Shown here piece by piece: positions 60,569 through 64,000 of a DNA stretch of 64,000 nt. The stretch lies in NCBI GenBank assembly GCA_021797735.1, contig JAJZZE010000029.1, forward strand, positions 6,970-70,969, in the 5' to 3' direction. Made by a program: the position numbers and the translations under genes. The stretch comes from Thermoplasmata archaeon (GTDB taxonomy: Archaea > Thermoplasmatota > Thermoplasmata > Thermoplasmatales > Thermoplasmataceae). The notes below the pieces were generated by a model, which was not told the origin of the DNA, ran no database searches, and worked only from the letters and a program-made list of their open reading frames with translations. The stretch's first letter is position 1; every line of letters starts with the position of its first letter.

Positions 60569-60621
60569 CCTTAATAACATGCCCCTGCTCTTATCATTTT
60601 TTGTTTTTTCCAGTTTTTCTA

Positions 60622-61569
60622 TCAGTTCATTGCTTTTATCACCTCCTTTGCCCCCTGGTTTATGTAGTTATATATCCACAACCTCTGGTATCCCTCCGCT
60701 TCCAGCCCAGTGGTACTCCGGCTTACACAGTTCTCACCAAACTTTCTCTTTACTGCAGAGAATATTCCTTCGGTACCTGGCCACCTCATTCCATAATTAT
60801 TCTCATCTGCCCATTCTCTGTATCCTTTCTTCTGATATTCCCTTACTTCCTTACGCCTGTGTTTTGATCCCCTCTGCCTATACGTGCAGGCATTCTTCCT
60901 TATTTTTATGATGGCTCTGGTACCTGTGGAATGAATTAGATCGAATAGGCCATTCACATCAAATGCACCATCGCCATAGAACCTTCCTATATTAACGCCA
61001 TGAGTAACTGCATTCTTTATGTGCTTTTTAGCACTCTCCGGTTCAGATGGGCCTGCCCCCTCAACATGTGATTCTATGCCTATAACCCTCTTTGTATTCA
61101 CATCTGCTGTTATTATTACCACAAGATGCTTCCTTATCCTTGCATCTGGATCTCCATATTTTGTGGTTCTGTATGAACCTGCATTGTTTGTCTTTAATCC
61201 CGTGCCGTCTGTCCCTATTTCAGCATATTTCAGCCCCGAGATATCCAGGGATGGTTTCATACTATGTATTCTGTGCCATATGGTGGTATAATCACCATAG
61301 CATGGTATTATTCCAAGGTCAACAAGCGATCTTGCAATTCCCTCAAGCCCTCTATAATCAATATACTGGTGCCAGATCATCATTAACAACATAAAGGAAT
61401 CAGGGAAAATATATGGTGATCCTCTCTTTCCAGCATTCATTTCCTTAAGTTCATTATTCCACTGTTCTACAAAATCAAGGTCAAAAAGCATCTTTCCCCT
61501 TATTACAAGTTCCTCATTGTATTCTTTCCAGTTCCTTCTATCCTTTAAAGGCTTTCCCCATCTAACCAT
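60622..61569 (-). CDS. DDE transposase (IS4/IS5 superfamily)
   Basis: 315 aa with an N-terminal GKRGSPYIFPDSF..YRGLEGI block typical of IS5-like archaeal transposases, candidate DDE residues (GTDGTG, YGDGAFD) and a YREK-like signature YGMRWPGTEGIFSAVK. Confidence 0.85.
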   Translation of the reverse strand: MVRWGKPLKDRRNWKEYNEELVIRGKMLFDLDFVEQWNNELKEMNAGKRGSPYIFPDSFMLLMMIWHQYIDYRGLEGIARSLVDLGIIPCYGDYTTIWHRIHSMKPSLDISGLKYAEIGTDGTGLKTNNAGSYRTTKYGDPDARIRKHLVVIITADVNTKRVIGIESHVEGAGPSEPESAKKHIKNAVTHGVNIGRFYGDGAFDVNGLFDLIHSTGTRAIIKIRKNACTYRQRGSKHRRKEVREYQKKGYREWADENNYGMRWPGTEGIFSAVKRKFGENCVSRSTTGLEAEGYQRLWIYNYINQGAKEVIKAMN

Positions 61570-61570
61570 T

Positions 61571-61594
61571 ATAACTGTATATACATACAGTTAT
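61571..61594. promoter_or_regulatory. perfect 10-bp inverted repeat (candidate operator) between the transposase gene and the 103-aa ORF
   Basis: ATAACTGTAT-atac-ATACAGTTAT starts 2 nt upstream of the transposase ATG. An AT-rich TATA-like stretch at 61591-61605 is shared by both divergent genes. Confidence 0.4.
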
Positions 61595-61626
61595 ATATTT
61601 ATATTGGTTTTTGTATTCAACATATT

Positions 61627-61938
61627 ATGTTTGGTTCACTGATAGTTTTCACATTCGAGAGGTCTGAAAAAGGCATAAGTCCTGGATCATACTCAAGGTT
61701 ATACAGGAAGATCTATGGCTACAACAATTCATCATACTATGGAAAATATCATTCCAGGATACCCGGTTTCCTTGATGGAATCAGGTACATAAAATATGCA
61801 AATGGAGTTATACTTGTCAGGAAGGAGGATAGCAGCATGATAGTTGAGTACCTGAAAGAGAATAAGGCAAGGGTATTCCAGTGGGAAGTGCAGCTGTCCA
61901 GAAAAGAGGAGCTTGATCTATGGAATAATGAAAAATAG
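61627..61938 (+). CDS. IS-borne accessory protein of unknown function (103 aa)
   Basis: A clean ATG ORF lying wholly inside the IS boundaries and divergent from the transposase: MFGSLIVFTFERSEKGISPGSYSRLYRKIYGY... The strand-helix start is vaguely Cas2/PaaX-C-like. I cannot assign a family. Confidence 0.5.
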   Translation: MFGSLIVFTFERSEKGISPGSYSRLYRKIYGYNNSSYYGKYHSRIPGFLDGIRYIKYANGVILVRKEDSSMIVEYLKENKARVFQWEVQLSRKEELDLWNNEK

Positions 61939-61963
61939 CTGTTCCAGCTAATTTCTATTTATA

Positions 61964-61980
61964 TATTTATTCAACACAGC
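61964..61980. repeat. right terminal inverted repeat of the IS
   Basis: TATTTATTCAACACAGC pairs with 60552-60568. Confidence 0.7.
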
Positions 61981-61981
61981 A

Positions 61982-61991
61982 ACTATTCCAT
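61982..61991. repeat. target-site duplication, right copy
   Basis: ACTATTCCAT(G) lies 1 nt outside the right IR. Confidence 0.65.
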
Positions 61992-62382
61992 GATTTATAA
62001 ACTGAAAAAGAATATAGTTTTTTATTATATTAGAATAATTATTAATTTTTTCTTTTATACGTGGATAATAATTCTAATTTTCTAATTCTTTTTTTATTTT
62101 TATTATTAATGGAGCCATAATATTTTATCATTGCCTTATGCAATATTACTTTTTCCGATTTTAATAAGTTTTTATGTGAAATTATTATTCAAGGATATAA
62201 CTTTTATGACTCAGATAAATTAAAGATAAAATAGCAATTAAATTATTCAGTTTATAAACCCAAATGATCGTCATAGAACAAATAGCAATGTTTATATATT
62301 AATTATTATTATTATAGAAATTGATATAATAAACCCGGATTATAGGAATTTGCTGGCTATTGAGAAATCCCGTATAAATAGT

Positions 62383-62847
62383 ATGGGTCTGCATGAACAT
62401 AAGAAACATAATAATTATATAAAAGCTATAATATCAATATTTGCAGTTGCAGTTTTGTTATCTACTATGGGTGTACCTATTTACAGTGGAATATATGCAA
62501 TGGAACAAAATGCTATACCATACGAAGTAAACGTTAACTGGAATACAATACAGTCTGGTAATATGGCAAACATAATTGCTTACGAATTATGGCATTTTGG
62601 AGCAATGCCCTCTCCAAACAATATAGCAGGTTTTATCAGGGATGGTCTTGAATCAGGGGGTCTAGGATTCTTAACAGAGTATGTTAGTTTCCTCGTAACA
62701 GAAGTATTAGTTTATATATTCTCTGATGGTCTTAGTACATTAACTGTAACTGAAGCATTGCAGAATGCACTAATTGTACTTGGTGTGGGTGCTGGAACCG
62801 GTTGGTCTGCACTGGCTTTTGTGGCAGGATTGATTGTGGCTGCTTGA
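62383..62847 (+). CDS. exported/membrane-inserting hydrophobic Gly/Ala-rich protein (154 aa from ATG; 165 aa from TTG 62350)
   Basis: It has a basic n-region (HEHKKHNNYIK) plus an h-region (AIISIFAVAVLLSTMGVPIY) like a signal peptide or anchor. Two C-terminal hydrophobic helices end in LGVGAGTGWSALAFVAGLIVAA-stop. There are no Cys residues. Confidence 0.55.
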   Translation: MGLHEHKKHNNYIKAIISIFAVAVLLSTMGVPIYSGIYAMEQNAIPYEVNVNWNTIQSGNMANIIAYELWHFGAMPSPNNIAGFIRDGLESGGLGFLTEYVSFLVTEVLVYIFSDGLSTLTVTEALQNALIVLGVGAGTGWSALAFVAGLIVAA

Positions 62848-62848
62848 T

Positions 62849-63844
62849 ATGTTTGATAACTGGTTAAGCAAAAACAAATTAATTTCTATTTTATACCTAA
62901 TTACCTTAGTTTTAATACTATATTCTATTTTAATTTTTTTTAAAAATATAAAAAATGACATTTTAATTATATATTATATTATAATTTTCCTTGATTCCTT
63001 TATATATTCTAAAAGTATTATAAACGGGTTAAACCTCGATATAAAGAATAACTATATAATACCTGTAACGGTTTCAGTAATGACAGAAATATTTTTAACA
63101 TTATATATTCTATTTATTATTTTGAAAAATAAAATAAATATTTTTTATGATGTTCTGTTAATCTCATCCTTGTTTATAACAATATATATTTTAATATTAT
63201 TAATGTTTATTTTTGGCTGGAAAAGATATAATATAACGTCAAATTCTAAATTTGAACCGCATTTGACCAAAGAACTATCTGTATTTGACAAAAATAACTA
63301 TAATTTAAGTATATTTATAACAACAAAGAGAACACCGGCAAGTTCAATATTTATTAGGAAGGAAAATAAATTAAATATATATTTCAACGAAGATTATATT
63401 AAAACGCTCAACTTTGGAGAGATAGAAGCCGTAGTTTTTCACGAAATTGGGCACATAAAAACAAACAAAATAAAAAAATCTGAATTATTATATTCTCTCC
63501 CAGTTATTATATATTTATACCTAATTGGATATTTATATTTTGGAAGCATTAAAGCATCATATATAGATATTATAATTCTGGTATTCATGATTTTAAGTTT
63601 CTTTTATATAACAAAAAAATTGCCCAGTATTATATTGAGCAATGAGTATAACGCGGATAAATATGCAGCAAGCTTTGCAGGTGTAAATAACTTGCGTGGT
63701 GCCCTGTTAAAGATTAAGGACTATTATGATATATTTATATTTACAAATGCAAATCATAATTATATGGAAATTAACTCAAGGATAGACAGAATTGACAAAA
63801 TAAATTTAAATAAAAAATGTGACATTAAAAATGAATCTTCTTAA
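62849..63844 (+). CDS. M48-family (HtpX/Ste24-like) integral-membrane zinc metalloprotease
   Basis: HExxH (VVFHEIGHIK) is followed by two TM segments and the third-ligand motif NEYNADKYAA; about 4 N-terminal TM segments. The ATG lies 1 nt after the upstream stop (alternative TTG at 62834). Confidence 0.7.
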   Translation: MFDNWLSKNKLISILYLITLVLILYSILIFFKNIKNDILIIYYIIIFLDSFIYSKSIINGLNLDIKNNYIIPVTVSVMTEIFLTLYILFIILKNKINIFYDVLLISSLFITIYILILLMFIFGWKRYNITSNSKFEPHLTKELSVFDKNNYNLSIFITTKRTPASSIFIRKENKLNIYFNEDYIKTLNFGEIEAVVFHEIGHIKTNKIKKSELLYSLPVIIYLYLIGYLYFGSIKASYIDIIILVFMILSFFYITKKLPSIILSNEYNADKYAASFAGVNNLRGALLKIKDYYDIFIFTNANHNYMEINSRIDRIDKINLNKKCDIKNESS

Positions 63845-64000
63845 TCTCAGTGAAAGGTTTATAATATACATTACGGAACAATCATTCCTAATTTCCATAA
63901 CATCAATGATATCATTATATTTCCATATAAAGGCAGCATTTTTAGGTTTCTTTGAGGCGTATAGAATAGATTTCTATACCGGTTTTATGCATATATTTGA
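63831..64000 (+). CDS. membrane protein, N-terminal fragment (runs off window end)
   Basis: The ATG at 63831 overlaps the protease gene by 14 nt and the frame stays open to the window end: MNLLNLSERFIIYITEQSFLISITSMISLYFHIKAAFLGFFEAY... Confidence 0.4.
   Translation, partial: MNLLNLSERFIIYITEQSFLISITSMISLYFHIKAAFLGFFEAYRIDFYTGFMHIF

Larger units (their letters stand above)
60552..61980. mobile_element. complete IS4/IS5-superfamily insertion sequence (~1.43 kb) with two ORFs
   Basis: It is bounded by imperfect terminal inverted repeats and flanked by a duplicated 10-11-mer. It contains a DDE transposase gene and a divergent 103-aa ORF. Confidence 0.75.

Noticed and set aside
61993-62349. Long AT-rich spacer after the IS as a possible repeat array or origin-like region
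   Set aside because: It contains only short low-complexity T/A runs. I found no periodic repeats or ORB-like inverted repeats. It is most simply the promoter region of the downstream operon.
1-64000. CRISPR arrays, rRNA genes, tRNA genes, prophage or defence islands
   Set aside because: I found no regularly spaced direct repeats, no GC-rich 70-90 nt cloverleaf candidates in the AT-rich spacers, and no integrase, capsid, cas or restriction gene signatures. The only mobile DNA is the single IS at 60552-61980.

Overview
Low-GC, very tightly packed archaeal chromosome segment, most likely from a Thermoplasmatales-type acidophile with Ferroplasma/Picrophilus-like composition. The assignment rests on the tricorn protease N-terminus, citrate synthase and malate dehydrogenase, which align block by block with Thermoplasma acidophilum proteins as I remember them. 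About 70 genes are supportable and most are core metabolism. There is a striking concentration of TCA-cycle genes: CBS protein-citrate synthase, mdh, sdhABEF, 2-oxoacid:ferredoxin oxidoreductase alpha/beta, icd, aconitase and malic enzyme. Other content: a fixABCX-like module with a fused EtfB-EtfA, scattered beta-oxidation genes (acyl-CoA synthetase, 3-hydroxyacyl-CoA dehydrogenase, crotonase), an isolated cbiJ-cbiC-cbiD trio, PolX, an exported penicillin-acylase-family protein, an orphan Dam-class methyltransferase, two ABC exporters and many MFS/APC/EamA transporters. I saw no rRNA, tRNA or CRISPR array. The accessory part is the last ~4 kb. It holds a complete ~1.43 kb IS4/IS5-type insertion sequence with terminal inverted repeats and a 10-11 bp target duplication, and the IS carries a second divergent 103-aa ORF behind a perfect palindrome. 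Next to it is a translationally coupled operon (exported hydrophobic 154/165-aa protein, M48-type membrane Zn-protease, a further membrane protein) that runs off the window edge. That operon is my best candidate for an undescribed system. Several real-looking genes are missing from the ORF track because they are under 60 aa or edge-truncated: tricorn, a zinc ribbon, a Cys-rich CWC protein and a 9-Cys 53-aa ORF. All functional calls come from motif and remembered-homology reading only; no searches were run.
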